This document shows, piece by piece, positions 1-53,218 of a stretch of 53,218 bases of DNA. Location of the stretch: positions 1-53,218 of the forward strand of contig JYFJ02002679.1 in assembly GCA_000934665.2 (NCBI GenBank). Reading direction: 5' to 3'. The stretch's first letter is position 1. The number at the start of each line of letters is the position of its first letter. The notes beneath the pieces were generated by a model. It had not been told where the DNA came from, searched no databases, and worked only from the letters and a program-made list of their open reading frames with translations. The position numbers and the translations under genes were made by a program. The DNA comes from Catajapyx aquilonaris. Its lineage: Eukaryota.

Positions 1-2248
1 TACAGTAGGTTAAAATATATGGCCTCATTGAAATGCCGTTCGTTAACAGCAGATACATCCGCGTAAATAAAATTGTTAAACAACGGATGAGATAATTATA
101 AATACTGCAGTGAAAATAAGTATGAAGAATATACCCACTTTTTACCGACGAAATCATTTGCAAAATTTCCGTCAGAGCAAATTATTTACTTGTTTTAGTC
201 GAGCGTGAAGAAACTTCTTCCAAAGGACAGCTCTTTGGTACAGAGTGCATAATTTATTAATTCGTTTATGCAAAAACGGGAGGTATTTGGACTGCGCAGA
301 ATAATTCTACCATAATCAGCAGGATGTATAACTAGAGAAATGTCCCTAAATCCTTCACAACCGTTGATACGGATTACGTCTGCCAAAAGGAATGAATAGG
401 AGTCCCACAGAGAGAGGGGTAGGGCGGGTGGGGAAAAAAGGGGGAGGAGGAGGAGGGAGACCCGCTTTTCCAAGAGCGAATTACTCAGGAATTTGCCAGA
501 ACTCATGTGGAATGCGGAGGGGCTTACCACTTACCCAGGACGTGAGTGTGAGCTTATTTCGCTCGGCTGCATAATAAACCTGCTGCAAGGTTTCATAAGC
601 TGCTGCAAATGACACAGGTGTAGCCAGCAGGGTATTCCCTTCCAGCCCTGAGGGTCCTTCTTTCCCTTTTCCACCACTAAAAAAACGAATAACGGAAGAT
701 ATGTCCGGCTGATCCATTCGTGCGGAAAATTCCTGGAATTACACCGACTCCCCACACATTGAATCCGGTGTCATTAGTTCTCGTTGGTTACGTCGAATGT
801 TAATCTGACAGTTACAAATCCTTCAGCCATATGGATGCGTCTCTCCCCCGTCCCAATCCCACCTCCCCTGGGGGAGATATAACATTGCATACTGTATAGG
901 CTATAGAGTATGCCATGCTTAGCCGAAAGATTAAGGGTGCTTCATATCGTCGCTAACTCATCGTTCCCTTGAAAAACTGAACATGAATCAAATTGAAACT
1001 GCGCATCTTCACAGTATCCGCTGGAGGCAACCAAACTTGAAATTGGCCTGAAATTACATCACACTTTAGTTTAGCTATACCCTGTAAAAAACTTTCATTT
1101 CTGGAAAATTATTCCGCGCAGTCATGCGCAATAACAACAACAATGCAGTACATTCACGCACTATTGTCTGTAGGCATGTAAGACCTGAGGTAATTTGAAT
1201 ATCGGCTCAGAGGGCCCGGAGCATTACGGAACAGTTTTAAATCCATTGCTGTGAAAGGCTGAGCACTTTCAGCGCCTTAAACTTTTTATGCCTATTCGCT
1301 TCACTAGGGATGCGAGGTTTATGTACAGCAAGTGAAAGTGAAGACGGAGCAATGGCGTAAAAAGGCAGCTCGGCATGTTATTTCTTGCTGCAGTGGGGAA
1401 CTGGAGTGCAGTATTTTTTCAGGGCAACACCCTGGAGAATGTGCCTACCTTTCCTTTTCGGACTTTTGCGTCTGCGAAGTGCGCGAACCTTTTTGTTTTT
1501 ACATCTCCTGCTCCTACACGCCTCCAGCTTTATTTCATTTGCATTGACCCTCATGCAGTCAGAATTACGTCCCCGGAGCATTGCCACGATTCGTTTCTCC
1601 ATGGTAACCTCTGCCTCACAATGAAAAAAGTACAAATGTAAGAAATTTTTTGCATGGGTTCTTTTTCTGTATAGCAATATAGTGTATATGTATAGTTTTA
1701 TAATACCGTTACATGTTTTTAAAAAATATGCGACTATAGCTGCCAGACACATGGTATCAATTCAATCAGGACACCAACCACTGTAAATGACTTGTTGCAG
1801 CTATTTCTCAATACAGATGAAAAGAAAGAAAACGCAGAATTCCAAGCCAAAATCCTGGACGCATTCTTGTTTTCATCATGAGAAAAACAGGGCGGGGGGA
1901 GGGGGGGCTCCTTTATAAAGCGCCGAAGCCCAGTTGGTGTGCCTGCAATCATTTTTCTGCATCGCGGCCACATTGCTACTGCTTTTCTTTCCGGTGCCTG
2001 TGGCGAATTCCCTTGCCATCCGTCTGTTGAAACGAGAAGATTAAACCAACAGAGTGGGTATGAAATATAGATGCAGAAAATAATGAGAATTTCTCTGCAG
2101 CTGTGCAGCGCCTTCGTATATATACGCACTCCCGAAAACACTCATAATTTATATAAACCGGTCTATTGACGGGGACCATTTTTACTCCAAGCTCGCATTT
2201 ATTATGTATCACACATGGGGCTTATATAATTTTCTTACAAATTTTCAG

Positions 2249-42126
<39,878 letters not shown>

Positions 42127-44649
42127 CCTCAGTTACTCATGGCGGTTCCTCCACCGTGATTTGAAAACAGTTCGTGCACACTTATGTCACTCGACAGCAG
42201 TGTCTGGCTTTATCCCTTCTGTGATTTCTCCCTTTATGGACAAACGTTGCCTTCCAAGGATTAAGCAAATCAGGTCAGGCTGTATTAGCAGCCGTGCTGC
42301 AGCCATCAACAACTAAAGTGTTCACTTACATCCCAACGCTTGGCAACATGTTCATTGCTTCAACTATCGGCAGAATGGTGAAAATATCACAACGAGACAT
42401 AACGACGCAAAAATACCATGAAAATGTGACTCTTTATAACTGTACAATACTGAATGGGTGCCTCGTAAGGAATTTTTCTTCCCATCAAATTTCCAAATAC
42501 TGTATTTTACTGTTGTACTGGTAGAACAACAATATGTACCTAGCTTCATTTATGATTTTAGAACGCAACGTCGCAGCCGGAGTACGGAAGGAGTGGAATG
42601 GTGCCATGTATCCGGGTGTCAACAGCCTAATTACCCACGTTGAAATTGGCGTTAGAATGACATCATATAGCAAACACTGCATGAGGCCATTCGCACGCCG
42701 TGGGTAAAAACACTCTTGACTATCCTGTGAATGGGATCTATATGAGGATATTACTCTCCTTAAACTTGACACGAAACACGTAATATGAACAGTACCTTAT
42801 GAGACATGTGACAATCCTGCTGGACTATAGTAAAATGTTTCGCGAGTCGCTGCTAGCTACGTCAGTTTGGGTGCAATTATCATTCAGATTGCATGTTTCG
42901 AGCTAAATTGCTCGAAACAAGTTCACGCCTACAGCACAATTGAATGAGTACCAAATCACTTCCAGCATAAGGGAAACACGCCTATAATGCTCGCAGTCAG
43001 TGGCTGGCAAGGCACTTGTTTACAGAGTTGCCTGACATCTCTGAAGGCTACGTTTTGTGTTTCTTGCCTATTTTTATGAGCATTGTAATACCTCCGCATG
43101 TGTATTGTAGGTCCTAATACAAGTATTGCAAAAATATTTACGTGGAAATGGAAGAATGTTTCTGCCACTAAAACAGTATGAACGGCCCTAATTCGTGACT
43201 TAGTAGGCTACGAATTAAAATATTTTCCAAATGGTATCCATCAAATCTTCTAGAACAAGCATCATTAAAATACACAGCTCATGATAATTATTCCACGTAT
43301 TTTTGTATTGTAATTGTGCTATACTGTACAGAAAATATTTAAATATTTCTCTCACATCACGGTTGCAAAGATGCATTCTAGAGTAAGCTAGATACGATAT
43401 GGTTGTAGCATCATAGAGCCATATGACAAGAACACATAACAACCTTTATTTTTGGCATGTGGTTTTTATGTCTAAAAATGTATGTCCTAATAATGATCCA
43501 AAGCACATTCGGGGCACCCATTCATTTTATTCCAAACCGACTAATTTGTACTGCATGGTACAAATATGAAGAATGTAAGCTAATGCGGACCATAGAGAAA
43601 ACGTGCGGAAGATTTCCGCATAGATTAAGAAATTAAATATTTTATGGCTCTTTGGCAAATCAGGGTCCGATTGTTTGCAAATTCGTGCCGCTTGCGTGTG
43701 CAAAATGCGTGTGAATATGCAGTGGACAAAGCGGATAGTAAATGTGCTGACAAACCTCTATACTGTGACCAAGATACCTTAAAAAAATGGACGGTGTGAC
43801 ACTTACTTCCTGTATTCTATCTGTAACGACCCAAACTCAGCTCAAGATTCCTGACAAGCGACTATTTTTCTCGCGACTATTTTTGCGAATCGTGCAAAAC
43901 TCGCTCGTCTCTCTGCTCCCTCACCAATCACCAGGCCTGGAAAGCCCAAAATATGCGGAAAAGTAGTACATAAAAAATGGAACTGATAAAATGTTTCTAG
44001 CAAACCGGTGTTCCTCTTTTCCTTTACCCCTATTCCCTTAAGAAGATGGAAAAAATCATTTGCATTGTGCCTATAGTTACCGTGTTGTGTGTTTTGTATC
44101 CCCTCGGCTGGAGAAGAGAGACATCAAATACCTCTATATTTTTCTCCTCCCTTCAAATTAGCGAGCCGAAACCCTCTGGCTCTCGTTTTGCTTCTTCCTT
44201 CTTTACTGCACCCGTCTAATTATTACTTTTCCCTAAACTTTTGTTCCAAGTAATTGGCGGGGGGGGGGGGGGNGGGGGGGGGACTCATCCGAATCCCTGC
44301 AAAAGAGACAGTGTAACTAATATGATGGACAATTAAATCAGATTTCCCTTGTAGCAAACAAGATTGTCACGACTCGACGGAGTAAACATTGAGAAACGTA
44401 AGACATTCTGAGGAAGCCAATTATTTTTTGGTAATTTGGAGGGCATCTCATAGTCTACTTTCATTAATTTGTTACATGCTTTTCCCTCGTCGCGAAGTAT
44501 TCACGGAGTTTTGAAGGAACAAGGCGTTATAAATCCTGCTCTCATTCTTTGAAACGCTTTGGCAGAAAGATAAATATTGACTTGTGCATTCAGAACAAAC
44601 TATCCGTTCCTTTATTTTCCTCGGCAAGTTTTATCTACAGGCCAACTAA

Positions 44650-44735
44650 TTTTTTAAATAATAATTCATACCCCGTTATCAGCCTATCGGCTCTTTAGGG
44701 GGGAAGTTTTGTTTTGCCTGGAACTCTTTGCTTTC
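44650..44735 (-). mobile_element. 5'-truncated tail-only fragment of the copy 1 SINE type
   Basis: cataccccgttatcagcctatcggctctttaggggggaagttttgttttgcctggaactcttt closely matches 22423-22483. Confidence 0.8.
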
Positions 44736-46236
44736 AATTTAATTATCGGTCTTATTTTTCCTAGATAATATTTGTCCAACATACTGCGGAGAAGATACCG
44801 TAGCAGGAAAGTCACACGAATGTCTACATAAGATCGTTAAGACACTGGCCGCGTCTAATTAATTATTTATTAAAATTCAGTTGATGCAAAGTTCAAGTTA
44901 TGCCAGAGTTATGCAGTTATGGGCAAGATTTCTCTCTATTTCATGATGACATAATTAAACGCTTCGATGTTTCCGCTGAAAGGCCTTCTACCCATCCGGG
45001 GGAATGCACAAAATGGCAACTATAAAACCATGGCACTTGCAACAGCACCTCCCCTCCCAGCAGTCACCCCTCCTTCGCTCGTGGAACCCGGGCATTACAA
45101 ATTTAAAAAATAAGAATAAAAAAAGGTCCAGCTTATGTACATCTAAAAAAGGAAATAAAGGTCTTGTGCCAGATGCCCCAGCAAGGGCGGTGCACCACCC
45201 ACAATATTTTTCATTATTATTAATTCATTAATTTATTAATTTATTAATTCTCATTTTCTCGGCATGAAATTTTTTAAGTACAGAAGTATAGTGCAACCCG
45301 TCTGTTAAGGAATTATCTGTCCGCAAAACATTTAGTGGGCCTGCTGAATAAGTTTCAATTACATTCGATATGAAAACATTGAAGAAGTTCAACAATGAAA
45401 ATGTGTTCGCTGTTTTCAGGTTTCCGGTGTTACTGACAAGTTTCACTACTTTAGTTAAACCTCCCTCATGCCCTGTGTTAATAGCCCTACATCACATTTT
45501 CACCAGAGTTGGATTGTGTTATTGGTTGTTGCAGGTAAATTAGAAGAAACGTTGATGGAGAAGATGTTGCAGGTTTGCAGAAATATTTACTCGCAAGTCC
45601 ATACCAAGTAGTTTTTGTTCAAATTGGTGAAAATCACTGACTGTGAGTGCAGGAAAATTGCGTTGTACGACACAGATTACAACATTCCGTATTCTCATTT
45701 ATCTCACATCCATATAGGGTGAAACGTTGCGATTGAACCAACCAGCGCGTAGTTTGCTGTTATTAATTATTTACCAAACAACTATAATATAGTATAACAA
45801 TGATATACAGGCCATTAACATTTTACAAGGTGGTAGAGGTTCATTTAATTTTCATTACTTGAAGCGTTACAAATTTTCCTATACGTTGCATTGTAACCGA
45901 AGAAGGCGAAGATGAACTTGTATACCAAATCATCAAGTGAACCGGAAATGGATGAACATCCGGTAGAATATTTGCGCAAAGGAAAACACCTATATTATAT
46001 ACCTATAGTGTATATACCTATATATATACAGTATAATCATTACCGGTACTTTTAGCTTCATTCAGAAGCACATTATGATATAAATCAAAGTTTTTCATTT
46101 GGGACTGAACTTGAGATACTATACTTACAACATATAAAGTTAATTAATAGATGTAATTAATAATAGCGCTTCATAAATATATTTGAGCTTGTCCGTGTTC
46201 GTACATAAAGTTTCTGAAAAATCGCCCAAATTAATA

Positions 46237-46696
46237 CAAGGTCATAGAAAAAGAATGGTCGGATTTTAAAACTTGAAAACTCGAAAACTTGTAGACATAC
46301 GAGTATCTTAATGATTTGAGTTTTGAAAGGCTAAGAAGTGTCTTAAGATCTGGACTTACCATAGCTTGTTTCGATGTGAACAAATGAAATATTTCTGTGG
46401 CAGGTGTGTTTCATGCCTGAGGCGACTTTTCATGTGCATCATCAAGAACAATGTGTGTGGTAAGGTATAGGATCACAATGGTGACCCTAGACATGGTGAG
46501 CGGATTTGGCGCGACACTGATTACCGTATTTACATTTGCCGAGCGACAAATGGAGCTCATATCGAAACAAATTATGGTAAGTCCAAAACTTTAGACACTT
46601 CTTAGCCTTGCATAACTTACATCATTAAGATATACCTACAAGCTTGCGATATTATATAGGGTTTTAAAATCCGAGCATTCTTTTTCGATGACACTG
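46237..46696. mobile_element. Tc1/mariner-type MITE (older, diverged TIRs)
   Basis: TA|CAAGGTCATAGAAAAAGAATGGTCGGATTTTAAAAC...GTTTTAAAATCCGAGCATTCTTTTTCGATGACACTG|TA; imperfect TIRs of about 145 bp. Confidence 0.82.
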
Positions 46697-47689
46697 TATA
46701 CTGTATAAATACTTTCTACAAAACAATTACTAAATTAAGTCTATTAGGTTAATTATTACTCGGCGAATAAGTGGAAAAGAAACAAACGCCGACTGCTACC
46801 AAACTAGGCTACTGGATAGTCTATCTCATCCCATAATGTCAGAAGGGATTGATATTTTGAAATAGTACGTTTCTTTCCCACCTAAAAGTGTACCTCACAG
46901 CAAAATAATGGTACCGGTACCTCTCTTAATGCAGTCATTAGCTGTAAGTCATTAAAGACTACAATGAAACTGTATGGTACTGTATATCATTTTGGCGATA
47001 GTGATGAGAAAAATTAATGGTGTCGCTACGACAGGGAAAATATCACGAAGGCTGCAAAAAACGGTGTCAGTGCTTTTCACTCGTCTTTCGTTGTATCCCA
47101 CATACACTTTGAAAGAGGATAAAGGCTGACACAACCTACAGGTCCTTTCAGCCCAAGTTCCGCTGTTTATTTCGACAAAATACAACACGGGCAACACGCC
47201 ATCAATCAGTCAACGCCATCACCAGTCCTCAGACACCATGCCAGTCAGCCCAACCAGTAATATAGGAAAAGGCAGTTCCTGGGCAGTTCAGTCAACGGTC
47301 ACATACAGTATAGCCTACTTATCAAACAAACGAAGTGTATCTTGTCAAGTCTCAGGGAAAGCTGGCTTCAAATCAATGCAATGAAGAATAGGGATGAACT
47401 CATGACTTCATATATTCACCAAAATTAATGGCACTTTCACTCACAAAATATTCATTCAATTTAAAATTCGAACAAAAAAATATACGCATGCATACAGCAA
47501 ATAAATGTTACCAGGTAACGCGGCTTCCACTTTCCCTGGGCAGCTACTTCGACACAACTGATGCCCTTGTGATGCTTTTATCAACAAAAAACATTTCACA
47601 ATATTTCCTGTCTAATGGTGCATCGGGTCATGATTTCCCATTAAATTCACGTGAAGACGCCATCAAAAATGGGAATTGGGAGTTTTCCG

Positions 47690-47818
47690 AATTTTACGAG
47701 TTGACCTCCTCCCCCCTCAAAAAGTGGTCACACGATCATTTTGAGCAGGTAACTTAGGTGCATTTTTCATCCCTTGTGGTGGACTACCAATACACCGAAT
47801 TTCAAGAAAATCGGTGAG
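47690..47818 (+). repeat. Dispersed single unit of the 37289-37730 repeat
   Basis: gaattttacgagttgacctc...cattttgagcaggtaact...catcccttg...caccgaatttcaagaaaatcggtgag. Confidence 0.85.
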
Positions 47819-47841
47819 TGGCACTTGGAAAGTGTCTCTAA

Positions 47842-47966
47842 GGGCCGGTTTCACCGAGCTTGGTATATGATATAACCAGGTTTCTTTAGGAAAATCCATA
47901 CAAATAGATAGGGATTTTGAGAAATACCCTGGTTTTATCATATACTGAGCTCGGTGAAACCGGCCC
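47842..47966. mobile_element. PIF/Harbinger-like (Tourist-type) palindromic MITE, copy 2
   Basis: TAA|GGGCCGGTTTCACCGAGCT...AGCTCGGTGAAACCGGCCC|TAA; 3-bp TAA TSD. Confidence 0.88.
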
Positions 47967-50900
47967 TAAGTTGGTTTTTCTGAATTTTTCCAAACACGAA
48001 TGTTTTGCTGCGGGAAGAGGTTTGCATGTTTTGCAAGACCTACTTCCTGTTACAAGAATATTATTAATATTAATACACCCTTAAGTGACCTAGATTGTTT
48101 ATGTAGAAATTAATGTTGGATTGGCTGTTGACAAATTATTCAGAAAATGATTCTTCCAAAATGGAACTTACATAAGCTTATCTGCGGCGAGTAATGCCAA
48201 GAGCTATTTAATATTCCAGCTAGGAGTTAGACAAGTCTGGATAAAAATTACAAAATTGGGAATCGCTACTTTCCTACTCAAAGACGTGTTTACGCAGTTA
48301 GCGCAACATCCCAGGGTTAAAATAAAAGTATCACTATACCGTACCACCAATATGCTGGTTGTTGGTACACGACACCTCAGAGAGAGCTTCTTGAAGGTGG
48401 GTAGAGTGAGAGTGGTAATGTCTCGCTCTATACCTGACCGACAGAAATGAACCAGTCCGATGATTTGTAGCGCAATTTTACCGCAGCCCTCACTGCATGT
48501 TGGTATTACATTTTTTTTAAAAGCAAGATGTAGTGTTCATTGAGGGTTGGGAGAAGCCAGCGGTAGTGGCCATGCAGTAAATATAATAATATATTATTGC
48601 TCTCATTTTATGAAGCGGGGGCATCCAACACTGTTCATTCGCAGCTGAGGATGCCCCACATTATGAAAGCATTTCAATAGTTTTGGGAGTAATTCTTTAT
48701 ATGAATTTTCTACTAAATCAAACAAAATGGCATGGTGGCGCATATCTTTAGCTGTCATCGCACACAGGCCCCATGTCAATCGAAACATCTTTAGAAGTTA
48801 GAACTGTAGGGCCGCTAAAGGATGTGTTGGAAGATCGGTTTCAGGTCACATTGCTACAATTTTTAGGACGTTATTCTCGATAATATTAGATTAAAAAGTT
48901 AAATTCCGTTTTAAATTCCTAAGAACCTACTGATATTTGAAAGTGATATTTTAAAATATTAATACACGTACGTTCACCTGTATTAATATTTCTTACAATA
49001 TTTGCCTGTACCTAAAATAAAGCATGCGTATAGTACGCCTTCTAAAATTGTGTAAAAAGGCAGAAAATTCACACCGCAGTAACGTAAGACTGGTCAGAGT
49101 TGCATTAATACCGTGTGGGAAATGGCAATTCTTCACTTGATCCAAAACTGAAGGTGTTTTTTTTTGTGAAGGAAAAAAGGCGTCTGCAGATTCTAGCCTT
49201 TGGTTGAGGTCCAGGGACATTTGGAATCCTGGTGAGTCGTGCAGAATGATGCGAAGTTTGAGCAAGGAGAGCGTCCCAAGCAGATGATTGTCACGCCTGT
49301 CCATTTCGGCAAGCGACATTTATCCAGTTCCAAATCCACCCTCTCCCCCCCATTTCCCAACCCACCCCCCACCCTTCGCTCCCCCAGTCCTCGCCAATTT
49401 TCCCGGCAACCCAATAGGAAACTATCTCGCCAAGTGTCTTTTCCCAGGTCCTGAGAGCATCTGAACCGTGAGAATAAAAGAGAACAGCTGCAATATAATG
49501 GACCAAGTAGAGGAAAGAAGCTTGGAAGGGGGGGAAATGGGGAAGAGGTAAAAAGTTTTGGGGTGAGTGGAGGGGTCTAGCTGGGAAAGAACTCAATACT
49601 CGACGTTCAGTCAAAAAATGAATTTTCAATGTTAACTTCGGTCAGGCTATGAGTAACATACTACAAGTATGCAAAAACATTACTTTACATTCCAAAATAT
49701 GCACAGCTTGATGAAAAATATGTAAGGTTGTTATGTATAAATTAGGATTGTAATATTACGAGACCAGGTGTATGCGTTTTTCTGACACAATGGGCTTCAT
49801 GTGGAAAATACCTCTCACGTCAGTTGAGTGCATTTAATAGCCGATTTTAAATCATCCAAGATGCACATAGTAAAATAAATTACATGTGAATGAACTGCGT
49901 GAGATCTTCGGTCCCTTAGCAAAAATTTTAATTCATTTAGGATGACCATGTCCAGCACGCCATAGAGCAATATTCCCTTCCATTGTGTCCATGAAATATG
50001 GTGCAGTTTAATTTTCGCATTGCATTAGAAAAGATAAAAATGAACATGCACGCTATAATAAATTTCGCTCATTTTTTGTAGATGAGCATTTTTCTACACT
50101 TGGCGAAATCACTCCCTGGGTAGGACTATATGGCCAAGTATGGTGGAAAGAGAAAAGAAGAAAGTCATGGTGTGGGGGCAGGGAAGGGGAGGTAGGATTA
50201 TTCCGTGAGTCGAAATCCTCCTTGGAAGCGCATTGGGCCCCTTTTTGATAAAAGTCTGGAGCATGCCAAATCCCGCTTTTGGTGGAGTGCGAACATTATT
50301 GGAACGAGGACGACGTTCGACTTGTCTTCCAAAAATCTGGGAACCATTCCAAACGATCCGACCGGGAAACATGCCGAGAAGAGATGCTACCATTACTCCA
50401 TTCAAGCGTTATTACTTGCCACGACACATACCACGGTACAGTGCAGCATACATCACGGGCTTCTATGTATTATTTTTGACTCACAGAGAAACATTCTTCT
50501 AAGGTATACGTTTCCAGGACGTGACATCAGTTTGGGGTAATCACACTTGATAAAATAATTACAGTAGTGTAGGCTAATAGCACCAAAAGCATATACAGAC
50601 GAGCGAATCATCAGTCTACATTTTACCTGGCAACTTTGCTAGGCATTAAAACTAGGCCTTCTTTGAAGTAGAACTGAAAGTCGAATAAAAGTTTTCTTAT
50701 CCGCTCCACTTTCCTGTAAAAGATTTGGCTAGTCTGCATTGAAGAACTGTTCCCGAAATCCTCCTCTACAGCTATTCAAAAATATATCTACCTGAACAGG
50801 AATCCATTTCTGTCCGCATTTACAGAGTATGAAAAGAGAGGAAGCGATTTACACCCGACCATATAAGTTACACTCGTATGCTGGCTAGAGGACAACATAT

Positions 50901-51396
50901 TTTAAGTACCACTTCCCCGTGCTTGCAATTTTAAGTTCCAAGTACAGGTTACATTTCATAGAGGAATTTAGGTGCCTTTTTAAAAACCTGGACTGTACTT
51001 AAAAGATTAAAGGTGTGCTATTTTCAGAACCGTCCCAGCAGCAAAATTCGTTTCCTTAATCGACAAAATTGCACCTCTCCGTTAATGCCGTAAATGATGT
51101 AAATGCGGAAAATCGCCACTTTTCATTACGTGAGACCAACTGAGAGAGCGCTACAAGAAAAATATTACTCGAGGAGTTTTCAAAACATAGCCTACTTGTT
51201 ACTACCCCCAATTAGTTTCCACGTAAGTGACTGATTTCTTCCTCCGTCTTATAACCTGTTTATACCAGAATAATCGCATTTTGAAGGCAAGTGCTGGAGA
51301 GTATGTGACTTAAGATTAAAGTGTCACTGCACATTTCATTTCACCTATAAATGTACAGTGTACAATATCTTGACTCATTCGTGTAGTTAATGGGGA

Positions 51397-51398
<2 letters not shown>

Positions 51399-51461
<63 letters not shown>
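51399..51461. repeat. (ATT)21 microsatellite
   Basis: 63-nt perfect trinucleotide run. Confidence 0.95.
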
Positions 51462-52156
51462 GGCCTATAGGTCACTTCGAGAGAGTTGGATAAGATTGGT
51501 AGTGGAAGCTGTTACCATGGAGCACCACTTGGGGGCCAAGGACTATACCTGAGAGGAGATAGGTAGTGGAAGCTTCAATTCCTTTGGGGCAGGGCCACAA
51601 AAGCCCAATAAGCTTCTCTCAGTCACGTTTTTCCAATCTTCTTATCCTCCCCTGCATAAATGAGAACGAGGAGCTGACCCTGCGTGCATCGTGCCCGTAT
51701 CTCTGGAAAAACACACGACTTGTATTCCCGTTTGGGGTATAAACCATGCTCTATAATGCTCTATTTGTTTCGGAATCAACCATGTCATTTGAGCTTCGTA
51801 GTAGCTAACGCGGTAGTATTATTCCGATGCATTATTATCCAAGTGCCCCAGCATCCCTTGGGCGGATTTCAAATTGGAAAATTCCAAAAATCCCGAATTT
51901 CAAAAATGCGCGTTTTTACTTAATCAAAATAGATATGACAATTGGACATTATTGGAAACTACAAAACTGGCAACAATCAGACCACACAAGATTCGTTTAA
52001 GACACGCCCAAATGTAATAGCCTAATTCCCTAATATACAGTATTATACAGGGCAGATACAGGGTGTTTCATGATGATTCTGACGGGCTTCAAAGCTGAAC
52101 AACTGGGCACCAGTGTATGGTCCCTACAGCCTATAGTTGGAGATAATTAGCATTAA

Positions 52157-52311
52157 CCCTGTAATGCCCACTAATCTAAGTAATGCCCACTGGGTCATAT
52201 CTGGCACACCATTTAGTGCAATTTTTGAAACTTTTGCAATTTATATATTTCCTGTAAGTGCCAAATTGCACTAAATGGTGTGCCAGATATGACCTAAGGG
52301 GCATTACAGGG
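52157..52311. mobile_element. piggyBac-like MITE
   Basis: TTAA|CCCTGTAATGCCC...GGGCATTACAGGG|TTAA; inner arms ggtcatatctggcacaccatttagtgcaattt and its complement; small duplication (gtaatgcccact) in the left arm. Confidence 0.88.
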
Positions 52312-52318
52312 TTAAGTA

Positions 52319-52624
52319 ACCGAAGCAGGTTGGTGTAGTGGTTAAGGAGTCCAACTGCTAATCGGGAGGCCCTGGGTTCGATTCCCGGGGCCGGCGATCC
52401 TGACCGTGGTTTTCTGTGGTTTTCCATGGTCCCCCCAGGATAATTTATTCCGGGGTCACTTCCGTATAATAGGCCACAGCCGCTTCCTTCCTTCCCTATC
52501 CTTGACCCCATCCATGTGTGAAAGTCTCAGAAAAAAAGGGAGTGGTAAAATGGTGGTATTCCACCCCACCCCCTAATGGAGCGCCGATTCTCCCAAAATG
52601 AATAAAAAATAAAATAAAATAACA
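52319..52624 (+). mobile_element. tRNA-Ser(GCT)-derived SINE, copy 3 (different tail)
   Basis: A box TGGTGTAGTGG 52331-52341, loop CT-GCT-AA 52355-52361, B box GGTTCGATTCC 52375-52385; shared core; (ATAAA)n-like tail; 15-bp TSD aattagcattaagta whose left copy is split by a MITE. Confidence 0.9.
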
Positions 52625-52814
52625 AATTAGCATTAAGTACCAATAAATAAGACCAAAAACATTACCTTCGGTGAAAAAAGGGTAGTAAGACCTCCGTGGC
52701 GGAATGAAAGTACTGAAACAAGGCAGGCGCACGTAAGACCTTCACTAATTGATTTAAGCTGTGCCATAGTAATTTCCAATTTACTGCTCATGAAGTCTCC
52801 TTTCTGAAAACAAA

Positions 52815-52935
52815 GGGTGGAATTTTCGTCGTAACACTATAGTTACTTCTAACTTAGCAGTACCAGTGTAGTGCAATGGTACTGCTAAGTTAGCAGTAAC
52901 TATAGTTACAAGTAGTACGACAAAAATTTCCACCC
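52815..52935. mobile_element. Palindromic MITE-like element
   Basis: gggtggaattttcgtcgta..actatagttacttctaacttagcagtacca / tggtactgctaagttagcagtaactatagt..tacgacaaaaatttccaccc; TSD unclear. Confidence 0.72.
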
Positions 52936-53218
52936 ATTAATTTTCCACGAGCCACTCCATATAATAGTGTTTTCTGAAATTAGGAACTTCAATATTAAGC
53001 ACATGGAATTTCTATACGATTGCGATTGGTGCGAATTTATTGCCATGAAACATTTATGCAGAATCGTCAGCCTCTTTTAGATGCTGACTTTAACTATGTT
53101 TAATTTGTCACATGTAAACATAAATTGGCGAATTTTCGAGGGTCTTTTTCGAGATAGGATTTTACATTTTCAGGAGCGAAAATTTCCAAGTGTGAGGATG
53201 GGTTCCGTTAAACCCCCC

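Noticed and set aside
48603..48800. Possible hAT dimerisation-domain relic (GASSAANEQCW in a shifted minus-strand frame)
   Set aside because: Similarity is too short and needs frameshifts; no TIRs or 8-bp TSD seen
52325..52397. tRNA-Ser(GCT) gene
   Set aside because: No good acceptor stem, no long variable arm, and it is embedded in a TSD-flanked repeat with two other copies, so it is a SINE head
42127..53218. A second gene downstream of TMTC1 (candidate micro-exons near 45535 and 49190, ORFs near 50200)
   Set aside because: No consistent exon chain or recognisable protein; the TMTC1 poly(A) site could not be placed either

Overview
Eukaryotic genomic DNA from an invertebrate animal (an arthropod is plausible, but the sequence does not prove it). 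The + strand carries the last 14 coding exons (2249-42126) of a TMTC1-type protein O-mannosyltransferase gene. These encode the transmembrane/DUF1736 region followed by luminal TPR repeats. All 13 introns are GT-AG and the phases join into one open frame of about 717 aa; the N-terminal exons lie upstream of the window. The introns and 3' flank are rich in non-autonomous mobile elements: a tRNA-Ser(GCT)-derived SINE family (3 long copies plus one tail fragment), a 5'-truncated LINE end that shares the SINE 3' stem-loop, MITEs with Tc1/mariner-, PIF/Harbinger-, piggyBac-, Kolobok- and CMC-like ends, and several long foldback hairpins. There is also a Helentron-like tandem repeat, microsatellites and a 417-nt A-run. 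Most ORFs in the supplied track are noise. I found no demonstrably new protein-coding system. The most unusual signals are the modular SINE family with a matching LINE tail, a perfect 101-bp-arm hairpin, dense TA-CAG-TA-type putative excision footprints, and a split codon that turns mis-splicing into an immediate stop.
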